DNA of 64,000 bases from Planctomycetota bacterium (lineage in GTDB: Bacteria > Planctomycetota > GCA-002687715 > DRQF01), in NCBI GenBank assembly GCA_011369445.1, contig DRQF01000195.1:3262-67261 (forward strand), read 5' to 3'. Each line of letters starts with the position of its first letter. The stretch's first letter is position 1. The notes under the pieces are model-generated. The model searched no databases. It was not told the origin of the DNA and saw only the letters and a list, made by a program, of their open reading frames with translations. This document shows, piece by piece, positions 18,093 to 26,148 of the stretch. Both the position numbers and the translations under genes were made by a program.

Positions 18093-18718
18093 GTCAGGTC
18101 TCCGTGGATTTCACTCAGCGGGCCGCCGCGGCTCACCGCCGCCACGTCGCCACTCGCGAATCGCCAGGGCGCCTGGACGTGTTCGGGGCGGGCGTAGTCG
18201 ATCCCCACCCGAGGCCCCGCCAGGATGCGCGCCGGGGGACTTCCAAAATGGAGTTCAAGGCCTCCCTTTTCGTGGAGCGGGTGGCCGTTCCACGTGAGGT
18301 CCAATCCCAGCGCCTGGGCCAGTTTTCCTGGGCCGGCCGCCACGTCTGGTCCGGTCCGACCTCGGCGCCTGGCGGCGACGGTCTCGAGGCCCGCCAGAAC
18401 CCGTGCGCTTCGAACAAGGACGGCCGCGGCTTCGCCTTCGGGATGGGTGACCACGTTCAGCATGTGATGGATCCCATAGCAAAGAAAGACGTAGCAGCGT
18501 CCCGCAGGCCCCCACATGGCCGCGTTTCGGGGAGTTCTCCCGGATCGCGCGTGGCTCGCGGAGTCGTCGGGCCACCGATAGGCCTCGGTCTCGGTGATCT
18601 CGAGGAGCACGGGCCCCCGACGCAGGCGCATGCCCAAAAGCTCCTTGGCGACGATCAGAGCGTCCCGTTCATAAAACGAAACGGGAATGAGGGCCCTCTC
18701 GCTCAGAGAGCGCCGCAT
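18089..18718 (-). CDS. DNA-3-methyladenine glycosylase (MPG/AAG family)
   Basis: FYERDALIVAKELLG...ITETEAYRWPDDSASHARSGRTPRNAAMWGPAGRCYVFLCYGIHHMLNVV is the MPG signature. The start is taken at Met 18718; the track ORF extends to 18817. Confidence 0.9.
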   Translation of the reverse strand: MRRSLSERALIPVSFYERDALIVAKELLGMRLRRGPVLLEITETEAYRWPDDSASHARSGRTPRNAAMWGPAGRCYVFLCYGIHHMLNVVTHPEGEAAAVLVRSARVLAGLETVAARRRGRTGPDVAAGPGKLAQALGLDLTWNGHPLHEKGGLELHFGSPPARILAGPRVGIDYARPEHVQAPWRFASGDVAAVSRGGPLSEIHGDLT

Positions 18719-18892
18719 GCGATGTTCCGACCTTGACCGCTGTCGTTCACCGCCCCCGAAAAGCGAATTTCCTGGAGGGGGTGTCGTCTCGGGTTTAGAC
18801 TTCTCTCTCGGAGGCAAGCCTCCGTCATGCCATCACCCACAGCCCTCCGTGAGAGGGCAGCCGGCGCCGATGTTCGAAGAAGGAGTTGCATC

Positions 18893-20824
18893 ATGTCGAG
18901 GGGATTCATCCTCACCGCATTCATGGCCATTATTCTCGGCTTCGGGTCCGTGGGCCAGGCCCAGTCGGTCCCCCCGGGATTCACCGTGGAGACCCTGGTC
19001 TCCTCGGGGCTCAACGCGCCCCACGGGTTCTTCTTCCTGCCCGACGGTCGCCCAGTCATCTTCGAACGGGCCGGCGGGGTCAAGTTGTTCGTCAATGGCA
19101 GTCTGTCGACGATCGGGACGGTGCCCCAGGTGGAGACCGGCTCGGAGCGGGGGCTTCTCGCCATGGTGGCCGATCCGAATTTCGCCACCAACGGCTACAT
19201 CTACGCCTGGGCCGCCCGTACGGGTTCGGCGTTCATGTGGCTCATGCGATTCACCTGCACGGGCGACTTGAACAATGCCACGAGCAGCAATCTGTCGTTC
19301 TCGCCCACGTCCCTGTTCACCGTGTTCAACGGTGCGCCGGACAACGCCTTCAACCACAACGGAGGCTCTCTTGCCTTCGCGAACGACGGTAAGCTCATCG
19401 TGAGCATTGGTGATGACGCAAGTTCCTGCGCGGCACGCAGCGAGAACTCGGCGCAAGGCGTCCTTCTTCGTCTCGACGTCTCCGGGCTGCCCGCCGGGTC
19501 CGGATCCGCCACGATTCCTCAGATCGATCCGGGCGACAACCCGTCGAGCGGAAGCGGGAGCGTTTCCGCGCTCGTGATGGCCAAGGGGCTGCGGAATCCC
19601 TGGCGATTCACCTATGACGCGGTGGGCGGCAACATCTACTTGGCCGATGTGGGGCTGAACGCGCGGGAAGAGTTTGACGAGGTCAGCTATCCGCCGGCGG
19701 CGACGATTCAGGACTTTGGGTGGCCGCTGTTCGAGGGGATTGCGAGTCTCCAAAGCTGCCCGGGCGGGCCCTTCCCCAACTTGATCGCCCCGACCTTTGA
19801 CGTGACTCACGGACAGGGTTGGTTGGCTTGCATCACCGGACCCCGCTATCGCAATCAGGGCGGCCCGATGGATTTCGGTCCGACCTACGAGGGACAGTGG
19901 TTCTACACGGACTACTTTTCCGGCCAGATTCGTCGCGCCGAATTCAACGGCACGAGCTGGGTCAATCCCGCTCCCGTTCCCGGCCAGTCCTCCTCCACCA
20001 ATTGGGGAACCGGGTTCGTCGGGATCTCCCAGTTCGACATGGGCCCGGACGGCGCCATGTATTTCACGCAGCATGCGGGGACGTACTCCACGTCCGGCGG
20101 CTCTTTCAAGCGGATCCGGCCTCTCGGGCCCGTCGACGTGGTGACCGTGGCTTCCGGCGACGGACAAGTGGGAGTCCGGGGTACGGCCTTCAAACTCCCG
20201 GTCGTCTTCCAGGTGGATGACGCCAACGGCAACCCCCTTGCGAATACGGCCGTCACGCTGACTTCGACGAATGCGTCGCTTTCGGTGGGACCTCAGGTCA
20301 TGACGGACGCCCAGGGGCAGGTCTCCGTGACCGTCACGCCTGTGGGACAAGGCGCGGCGTCGGTGTCGGCATCCACCGCCAACTTTGGCGCGGCGACGGC
20401 CTCTCTTTTCGCTCGTGGACTCAACATCATCCACATCTCCGGATCGGTCAATGACACTTTGGTCGTTCAGATGACCAATACGACGAACGGGACGGCTCCC
20501 GTACCCGTGCTCTTCGGAATGACCACGCCTCCGGGGCCGATCATCCCGACCATTTACGGCGATTTGGGCATCGACCTGATCACCCTTCAGAACACGATCA
20601 TCATCGAGGATGGCGGCGGGTTGTACGGGGGCGTCTCGAACTCGCCGGGCGGTCCCTTCGGGAATCCTTCCAAGACCGCCATCTACACCTTCCCGGCGGG
20701 AGCCGCGGCCGGTCTCACCATCAACTTCCAGGCGATCTGGTACGATCCCACCGTTTTGACCTCCGTCGCCGGCACGGTGAACTCCAACCTGGGATTTACG
20801 AACATCGTCACGATGACGTTCTGA
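18893..20824 (+). CDS. Secreted PQQ-dependent (glucose/sorbosone) sugar dehydrogenase beta-propeller with Ig-like (Big_1-type) and C-terminal beta-rich domains
   Basis: Signal peptide MSRGFILTAFMAIILGFGSVGQAQS with AAGGAG 7 nt upstream. Motifs: GLNAPHGFFFLPDGR, HNGGSLAFANDGKL, GLRNPWRFTYD, DVGLNAREEFDEV. An Ig-like segment follows (VASGDGQVGVRGTAF...VTVTP). Confidence 0.85.
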   Translation: MSRGFILTAFMAIILGFGSVGQAQSVPPGFTVETLVSSGLNAPHGFFFLPDGRPVIFERAGGVKLFVNGSLSTIGTVPQVETGSERGLLAMVADPNFATNGYIYAWAARTGSAFMWLMRFTCTGDLNNATSSNLSFSPTSLFTVFNGAPDNAFNHNGGSLAFANDGKLIVSIGDDASSCAARSENSAQGVLLRLDVSGLPAGSGSATIPQIDPGDNPSSGSGSVSALVMAKGLRNPWRFTYDAVGGNIYLADVGLNAREEFDEVSYPPAATIQDFGWPLFEGIASLQSCPGGPFPNLIAPTFDVTHGQGWLACITGPRYRNQGGPMDFGPTYEGQWFYTDYFSGQIRRAEFNGTSWVNPAPVPGQSSSTNWGTGFVGISQFDMGPDGAMYFTQHAGTYSTSGGSFKRIRPLGPVDVVTVASGDGQVGVRGTAFKLPVVFQVDDANGNPLANTAVTLTSTNASLSVGPQVMTDAQGQVSVTVTPVGQGAASVSASTANFGAATASLFARGLNIIHISGSVNDTLVVQMTNTTNGTAPVPVLFGMTTPPGPIIPTIYGDLGIDLITLQNTIIIEDGGGLYGGVSNSPGGPFGNPSKTAIYTFPAGAAAGLTINFQAIWYDPTVLTSVAGTVNSNLGFTNIVTMTF

Positions 20825-20850
20825 ACCTTTCGAGTTGCCGCATTTCGACA

Positions 20851-20884
20851 AAGGCGCCCCTCTCGCTCACGAGAGGGGCGCCTT
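20851..20884 (+). terminator. Strong GC hairpin after the dehydrogenase gene (terminator-like, no U tract)
   Basis: 15-bp perfect stem AAGGCGCCCCTCTCG-CTCA-CGAGAGGGGCGCCTT, not followed by a T run. Confidence 0.35.
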
Positions 20885-20903
20885 GCTGTACCATGGCCCC
20901 ACC

Positions 20904-22352
20904 ATGGACGCAGCTTGGCCCATCCTCGTCACTCTGATTCTCTACAACTTGCTCCTCCTCGGTATCGGTGCGTTCATGAGCCGTCGGACGCATGACGAGG
21001 AGGATTACTATCTGGGCGGGCGTCGCCTCGGGCCTCTCGTCGCTTCCATCAGTGCCGCGGCGAGTTCGTCCTCGGCGTGGTCGCTGCTCGGCGTGAGCGG
21101 CTTGGCGTTTTCCGTGGGAGTTTCCTCCGTCTGGATCCTCCCGGGTTGCGTCGGTGGCTTCGCGATCCAGTGGTATCTCTTGGCGAACCCGGTCCGCGCT
21201 CTTTCCCGATCTTCCAAAGCCCTCACCCTGACGGATCTTCTCACGGGAGACGACCGAGGCCCTTGGGGGCGTCGCCTGAGAATCTTGGCCTCCGCGGTGA
21301 TCCTGGTGTTCTTCACGCTCTACGTCGCCGCCCAATTCGATGCGGCGGGAGAGAGCCTGGAGAGGGCCTTCGCGGGGAGTGCCTTGAGTCTCGACAGGAA
21401 TCTCGCGGTGATCGTGGGTGGGGCGGTGGTGTTGATCTACACCCTCATGGGGGGATTCTGGGCCGTGAGCGCCACCGACACGCTGCAGGGCTTGTTGATG
21501 GCCCTGACGGCCCTTCTTCTGCCCGTGATCGCGTTTGCCGAGCTGGGCTGGTCCGGTTTCACGGACGGTCTTGCCAAGGTTCCCATCGCGGGGTTCACGA
21601 GCGTCTTCCAAGGGCTGGGGTGGGCGTCGGCTGTGGGATTCGTGTTGGGGATCCTCGGAATCGGCCTCAACTACCCGGGGCAGCCCCACGTCGTCAATCG
21701 CTTCATGGCACTGGGAGGCGGGGATGCGGAATTGCGCCGTGCCAGGCGAATCGCCATGGCCTGGGCGATCCTGGTCTACGGAGGGATGATCCTCGTCGGG
21801 CTCTGCGGACGCGTCCTGTTGGGCGATCTGGGAAATCACGAGCAAGTCTTCGTCGCTTCCGCGCGACGCCTCCTCCATCCGGTCCTCGCGGGAGTCATGA
21901 TTGCCGCGGTCTTGTCGGCCATCATGTCCACGGCCGACAGCCAGTTGCTCGTTGCTGCTTCCGCCGTGACCCATGATCTCAGGCGCCAGGGTCCGAGGCC
22001 GGCGCTTCGCATGGCGATCCACCGCTGGGTCGTCTGCCTCGTGAGTCTTGCGGCGCTTGCGTTGGCACTGGCCCACGACGAGTCGATTTTCCGCAGGGTC
22101 CTTTTCGCCTTCTCGGCCATGGGCGCCAGTTTCGGCCCGCTTCTGATCGTGCGAATCCTACGTGGGCGGGTGGCTGGCGGGTGGGCGTTTCTCTCCATGT
22201 CGAGCGGTCTCGTTTTCGTGATCTTCGCTCGCAGTGTTCTTTCCGTAGGCCCATGGGCCGGTGCCGCGGAACGGGTGCTGCCCTTGATCCCGGCCACTGT
22301 CTTCGCCGTGCTCGGGGCACGAGCCGCCGTGTCGGAGACGGCGGAGGAGTAG
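20904..22352 (+). CDS. Sodium:solute symporter family (PutP/SSF-like) transporter
   Basis: N-terminus ...FMSRRTHDEEDYYLGGRRLGPLVASISAAASSSSAWSLLGVSG and about 13 TM helices. Confidence 0.85.
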   Translation: MDAAWPILVTLILYNLLLLGIGAFMSRRTHDEEDYYLGGRRLGPLVASISAAASSSSAWSLLGVSGLAFSVGVSSVWILPGCVGGFAIQWYLLANPVRALSRSSKALTLTDLLTGDDRGPWGRRLRILASAVILVFFTLYVAAQFDAAGESLERAFAGSALSLDRNLAVIVGGAVVLIYTLMGGFWAVSATDTLQGLLMALTALLLPVIAFAELGWSGFTDGLAKVPIAGFTSVFQGLGWASAVGFVLGILGIGLNYPGQPHVVNRFMALGGGDAELRRARRIAMAWAILVYGGMILVGLCGRVLLGDLGNHEQVFVASARRLLHPVLAGVMIAAVLSAIMSTADSQLLVAASAVTHDLRRQGPRPALRMAIHRWVVCLVSLAALALALAHDESIFRRVLFAFSAMGASFGPLLIVRILRGRVAGGWAFLSMSSGLVFVIFARSVLSVGPWAGAAERVLPLIPATVFAVLGARAAVSETAEE

Positions 22353-22355
22353 CTC

Positions 22356-23045
22356 ATGTGTGGACGCTTCACTCTTCAGAGTCCCGCCGAACTCATCCGA
22401 GAGTTCTTTCTTCTCGAGGATCTGCCGCCCCTGAAGCCTCGTTTCAACATTGCTCCCGGTCAGAATGTGGGCTGCGTCGTCGTCGACCCTGACGAAGGGG
22501 AGCGAGTTTGGGTGGAGTATCGATGGGGGTTGGTGCCCTCCTGGGCGAAGGAGCCTTCCATCGGCTATCGGATGATCAATGCCCGATCGGAGACCGCGGC
22601 CGTCAAGGCGTCATTCCGAAAGGCATTTCGCTCCCGCCGATGCCTGATTGCTGCCGACGGCTTCTACGAGTGGAGAAAGACGGCGCGGGGCAAGCAGCCC
22701 TATTGGATTCACTCGGAGCCCATGGGGCTCTTGGCGTTCGCCGGCCTCCACGAGAGTTGGCGCGGCCCCGACGGTTCGGTGCTCAGGACCTGCACGATTC
22801 TCACGTGCCCCGCCAACGAGCTCTTGGCGCCCTTGCACGATCGCATGCCCGTGATTCTTCCGAGGGACGACCACGAGCTTTGGCTCGACCCCAAAGTGAG
22901 GTCGCCGGAACTCCTTCAGCCTCTCCTCGAGCCCTTCCCGTCGAAGGGCCTCGCTTTCCGGCCGGTCAGCCGTTATGTCAACGACGCCCGACACGAGGGC
23001 CCCGATTGCCTGGCCATGCAGGACGAGCCCCGCTTCGACGGCTGA
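22356..23045 (+). CDS. SOS-response-associated peptidase (SRAP/YedK family, abasic-site sensor)
   Basis: The N-terminal MCGRF catalytic Cys2 motif, with SWAKE...INARSET and ADGFYEW motifs. Confidence 0.9.
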   Translation: MCGRFTLQSPAELIREFFLLEDLPPLKPRFNIAPGQNVGCVVVDPDEGERVWVEYRWGLVPSWAKEPSIGYRMINARSETAAVKASFRKAFRSRRCLIAADGFYEWRKTARGKQPYWIHSEPMGLLAFAGLHESWRGPDGSVLRTCTILTCPANELLAPLHDRMPVILPRDDHELWLDPKVRSPELLQPLLEPFPSKGLAFRPVSRYVNDARHEGPDCLAMQDEPRFDG

Positions 23046-23076
23046 AGGAAGCTGTGGCCCAGGGGGCCTTTGACGT

Positions 23077-25287
23077 TCAGGAACCCGTGGCCCTGGGGGC
23101 AGCTCCAATCCAGGCTTCGAGTGTGGCCAGCATCTCGCGCAGCGCGGCACGATGGGCTCGGAGCCGCTCCGTCGTGAGGGCGGCGCCTGCCTCGACGGCC
23201 CGTCGGTCCCCCTTGGCCAAGGCGTCGCTGAGGGCCGGAAGGGGAGCGGCGCCATAGCCCTTGTCGCGGGAAGGGGCGAAGAGGACGTGGCGATACCAGG
23301 TGCGTCCGGGGAGGCCCTGATCCAGGAGGAGAGCTTGGTGGGCACGGACGGACAGCTTTCTCAGGATTTCCCACCGCGCGGACGACAGGGCTCCCTTGGA
23401 ATCGAGTTGCGACCGAAGGACGTCGATGCGCTCACCGATCGAAGCGATATCCTTCCCGAGTTCGCGGATCTCGCCCAAGTCCAGATTCGGGTGTTCCGCT
23501 TCGAGCGCACGCACGTCTTCGACAATGAAGTGGCCTGTCTCGCCGAACGCGAGAGGGGTTCCGCCCGAGTAGGCCAGGCGGAGAAGAGTCGTGAGGGTAA
23601 CGCTCGCCATGACAGTGTGTCGTTGAAATCCGGGATCGCCGAAGCGCTTCATGAATGCGTAGGTGTCGTAGAGAGAGTGGTAAACGCCGTGGGCTCCCGA
23701 CGAAGCGAGGTCGAGGGATGGCACCCCCAGGTGGTCGAGAAAGACGGTGAAGTCCGAGCCGCTTCCGAGGCGGCCCCATGTCATCCCGCCGCTTTTGTCC
23801 GTCACTTCGGAGAGCAGGGGGGCTCGTTTTTCGTTTTGACAACTTGCGAGGATGTCTTTGATGAGAGGCCGGAGAGAGGGTGAACCTGCCACGCGGAGAT
23901 GGGGGCCCGATACGGCGGCGTCCAGGTTGAGGTAGACGATGGCCTTGGACTTCAATTCCTCGGCACGGGATTCTCCATACTCCGTGGAGCCGATCATCCC
24001 GAACTCCTCCGCATCCCAGAAGCAAAAGCGGACGGTCCGGGCGGGGGCTCGACCTTGCCGCACGGTGTCCGCGAACACCCGCGCGACTTCCAGGAGCACC
24101 GCCGTTCCACTGCCCGCGTCGTTGGCGCCGAAGACCCATGCATCACGATGGTTCCCCAGGAGAATCTCTTCGTCTGGGTGTTCGAGGCCCACCCATGTGG
24201 CGATGATGTTCTCGATGGGGCGAAGGGCCTCGTCGTTGCGGATGACGAGGCGCACCTTGACCTCTCCGCGCCCTCCAAGGTGATAGGTGAACGGGAGCGC
24301 TCCCCGCCAAGCGCGCGGGGCGACCGGGCCCTTCAGATTCTCGAGGAGCGGTTTGGCGTCTTCCGCGGAGAGACATGTACAGGGAATAGTGGGTAGCGAT
24401 TTCATCTGTCCATAGGGCAGTTGCTCGGCGCCGGGGAGGCTGGGGCGCCCAGGCGTTCCCGGGTCGCCCGGATATTCGAACAGGTAGAGGATCGATCCCC
24501 GCTGAACACCGGTCTCGGGTCGATAGGGCCCTTTGGGATAGACGTCTCCGCGAGCAAACCCATCGTCGGCGGGATCGCTGTAGAGCAGCACGCCGGCCAG
24601 GCCGAATTCCTCGGCGATCTTGACCTTGGAGCCTCGAAAGCTGCGACCGTATCGGACGAGGGCCAGGGCTCCGTGGAGAGGCACGCCCTGTTGCTTCAGC
24701 GATTCATAGTCCTCCCGGCGTCCGTAGTAGGCGTACACCAGGGGGGCCGTGATGTCGGCTTCAGGAGAGTAAGCGTTGTAGGGGGGCAGGACGTCCTTCG
24801 AGAACGTGTCGGCGTCTTCGTCCACAGGTCGCTCCCGAAGTCCGCAGGAATACGCGAACGGAGCCAGCATCTCCACGCGGATGCGTCGGGGGAAGGGGAG
24901 GAGGACCTCGAGCCGTTGCCGTTCGACCTGGTAGCCCCAGGATTCCAATTGGGCCGCAAGGAACCGGGCCTGCTTTCGACTCCCTTCACTGGAGGCCGGG
25001 TGGGGGCGTGCCACGAGCTCGCGGAGGAATCCGGAAAGTTTTTTCGGGCTGATCCTCCCTCGAGCTCGGGTCTCGAGGCCCGGACGAGGGCCCCTCTTGG
25101 GCGACGGAGCGGGGAGCCCGGCGGCGACTTCGCCGCCTGGGGCGGCGTCTTCCGAGCGTGGAGCGGTCGGTGACTCCGAGGGCCGACGTGAGGTCTGCTG
25201 GTTCGTGCCGCAACCCATCGCAATGAGAAGGACGATTCCGCATGAAAGAAGGATAACTTGATGTTTCATAGATGTGATTCCGTCCAT
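23077..25287 (-). CDS. M28-family metallopeptidase, glutamate carboxypeptidase II/PSMA-like (PA domain plus TfR-like dimerisation domain); probable lipoprotein
   Basis: Zinc-ligand contexts LLGNHRDAWVFGANDAGSGTAV, FCFWDAEEFGMIGSTEY and YHSLYDTY. The C-terminal helical dimerisation-like region is present. Met at 25269 gives the lipobox LIAMGC. Confidence 0.85.
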   Translation of the reverse strand: MDGITSMKHQVILLSCGIVLLIAMGCGTNQQTSRRPSESPTAPRSEDAAPGGEVAAGLPAPSPKRGPRPGLETRARGRISPKKLSGFLRELVARPHPASSEGSRKQARFLAAQLESWGYQVERQRLEVLLPFPRRIRVEMLAPFAYSCGLRERPVDEDADTFSKDVLPPYNAYSPEADITAPLVYAYYGRREDYESLKQQGVPLHGALALVRYGRSFRGSKVKIAEEFGLAGVLLYSDPADDGFARGDVYPKGPYRPETGVQRGSILYLFEYPGDPGTPGRPSLPGAEQLPYGQMKSLPTIPCTCLSAEDAKPLLENLKGPVAPRAWRGALPFTYHLGGRGEVKVRLVIRNDEALRPIENIIATWVGLEHPDEEILLGNHRDAWVFGANDAGSGTAVLLEVARVFADTVRQGRAPARTVRFCFWDAEEFGMIGSTEYGESRAEELKSKAIVYLNLDAAVSGPHLRVAGSPSLRPLIKDILASCQNEKRAPLLSEVTDKSGGMTWGRLGSGSDFTVFLDHLGVPSLDLASSGAHGVYHSLYDTYAFMKRFGDPGFQRHTVMASVTLTTLLRLAYSGGTPLAFGETGHFIVEDVRALEAEHPNLDLGEIRELGKDIASIGERIDVLRSQLDSKGALSSARWEILRKLSVRAHQALLLDQGLPGRTWYRHVLFAPSRDKGYGAAPLPALSDALAKGDRRAVEAGAALTTERLRAHRAALREMLATLEAWIGAAPRATGS

Positions 25288-25347
25288 TCAAGGGGGGCCA
25301 TGACCCTCCCGCCCCTCGGACGACCCCGTCGGCGTTACGCTGGGGAC

Positions 25348-25389
25348 AAAAAACAACCCCCGGGGGAATTGGCAAGCTTCCGGGGGTTG
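25348..25389 (-). terminator. Canonical intrinsic terminator (minus strand), 60 nt upstream of the M28 peptidase start
   Basis: Minus strand: CAACCCCCGG-N16-CCGGGGGTTG (10-bp perfect stem) followed by TTTTTT. Confidence 0.75.
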
Positions 25390-25484
25390 GATTCCGGACG
25401 GTAGAAGGGTTTACGGGACCTTTCTCGATTGTCCGAAATGTCGTGCGTTACGCCAAGGTAACGGTTATTTGTTGTTTTGTCCTC

Positions 25485-25515
25485 AAGAAAAGAGGAGTTC
25501 TTCCAGCTCCTCTCC
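25485..25515 (-). terminator. Upstream terminator/attenuator hairpin (minus strand)
   Basis: Minus strand: AGAGGAG-CTGGAAGAA-CTCCTCT (7 bp, extendable by two G-U pairs) followed by TTTCTT. Confidence 0.5.
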
Positions 25516-25712
25516 ACAGGTCCTCCACAGCCCGCTCACAGTTCCTCACCACGGAAAAACCGCAAAGCCGTCCCCATGTCGGATGCGACGTTGGGATGGG
25601 GCTCTCCTTCAGAAAACATCAAAGATCTCTTGAAAAGGAGCGCCCTTCGGGAAGACCAAAGCGACTCGAGTCCTGCTTCATGTTCGAGCTTCGACCACAA
25701 AGCCGGAGCTGG

Positions 25713-25740
25713 ATTATAGTATCTCGGTCGTACGGGTCAA
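25713..25740 (-). promoter_or_regulatory. Near-consensus sigma70 promoter (minus strand)
   Basis: TTGACC (25740-25735), 16-nt spacer, TATAAT (25718-25713). The predicted TSS is near 25704-25706. Confidence 0.6.
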
Positions 25741-26148
25741 CCGTCTTGCAGGGGATTGGGGAGAATCCGGGACTTTTTCACCCCGAGGAGCGAAAAAAGG
25801 TCATAAGTGTATGCTAAACAACGGGTTCCGAATTGAGTGAAAGTTATCCGGGCGAGGGATCGGAGGCTCTCAGCTCCACGGGTGCACTGGGGCGCGATGG
25901 GAGACCGAGACAGGTCGAATCCTTCGTCCTCGGTCTCTCCCGAGCCGTGGATCCGCGAGGGGAGGGGGCGGGAATCCCGACGGCGACCAGATTCCTCGGC
26001 GCGGGATGCCGCACGCGGGCATGACGTCGCGGTTGGCTCGGTGCGCGCGTCGATGTCGTTTCGAATTCGCCACCGTGCGAGTACGCGTGGGTTCCCCACT
26101 CCGAGAGGTTTCGCGCGACGCGGAGTGTGGTGAAACCCCGTGCGAATG

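Larger units (their letters stand above)
25348..25706 (-). ncRNA. Candidate structured RNA: unclassified cis-regulatory leader of the M28 peptidase gene, or a stand-alone sRNA
   Basis: It is bounded by the promoter and the two terminators above. The region is AT-enriched; I counted 26 G+C in the 60 nt 25441-25500, against clearly GC-rich flanking genes. No SD-preceded ORF is present. Helices: CTCCTT/AAGGAG (25640-25635 / 25609-25604), and CCCCAT/ATGGGG enclosing GTCG-CATC-CGAC (25601-25572). Confidence 0.4.

Noticed and set aside
25335-25517. 60-aa minus-strand ORF within the candidate RNA.
   Set aside because: It starts at a GTG inside the first terminator stem and reads through the second terminator hairpin and its U tract. 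It has no SD and its composition is not protein-like.
25348-26148. Tested whether the non-coding region encodes tmRNA, RNase P RNA, SRP RNA or a tRNA. Cues were CCAGCTCC/GGAGCTGG acceptor-like pairing, GGTCGAA, and GAGTGAAAGTTATCCGGGC resembling the RNase P motif GAGGAAAGTCCGGGC.
   Set aside because: There is no T-arm (GGTTCGAnTCC) and no CCA-ended acceptor in the right order. There is no tag reading frame ending in LAA. None of the RNase P conserved blocks (GGTAAGAGCGCACC, ACAGAACCCGGCTTA) is present. The resemblances are short and probably chance.
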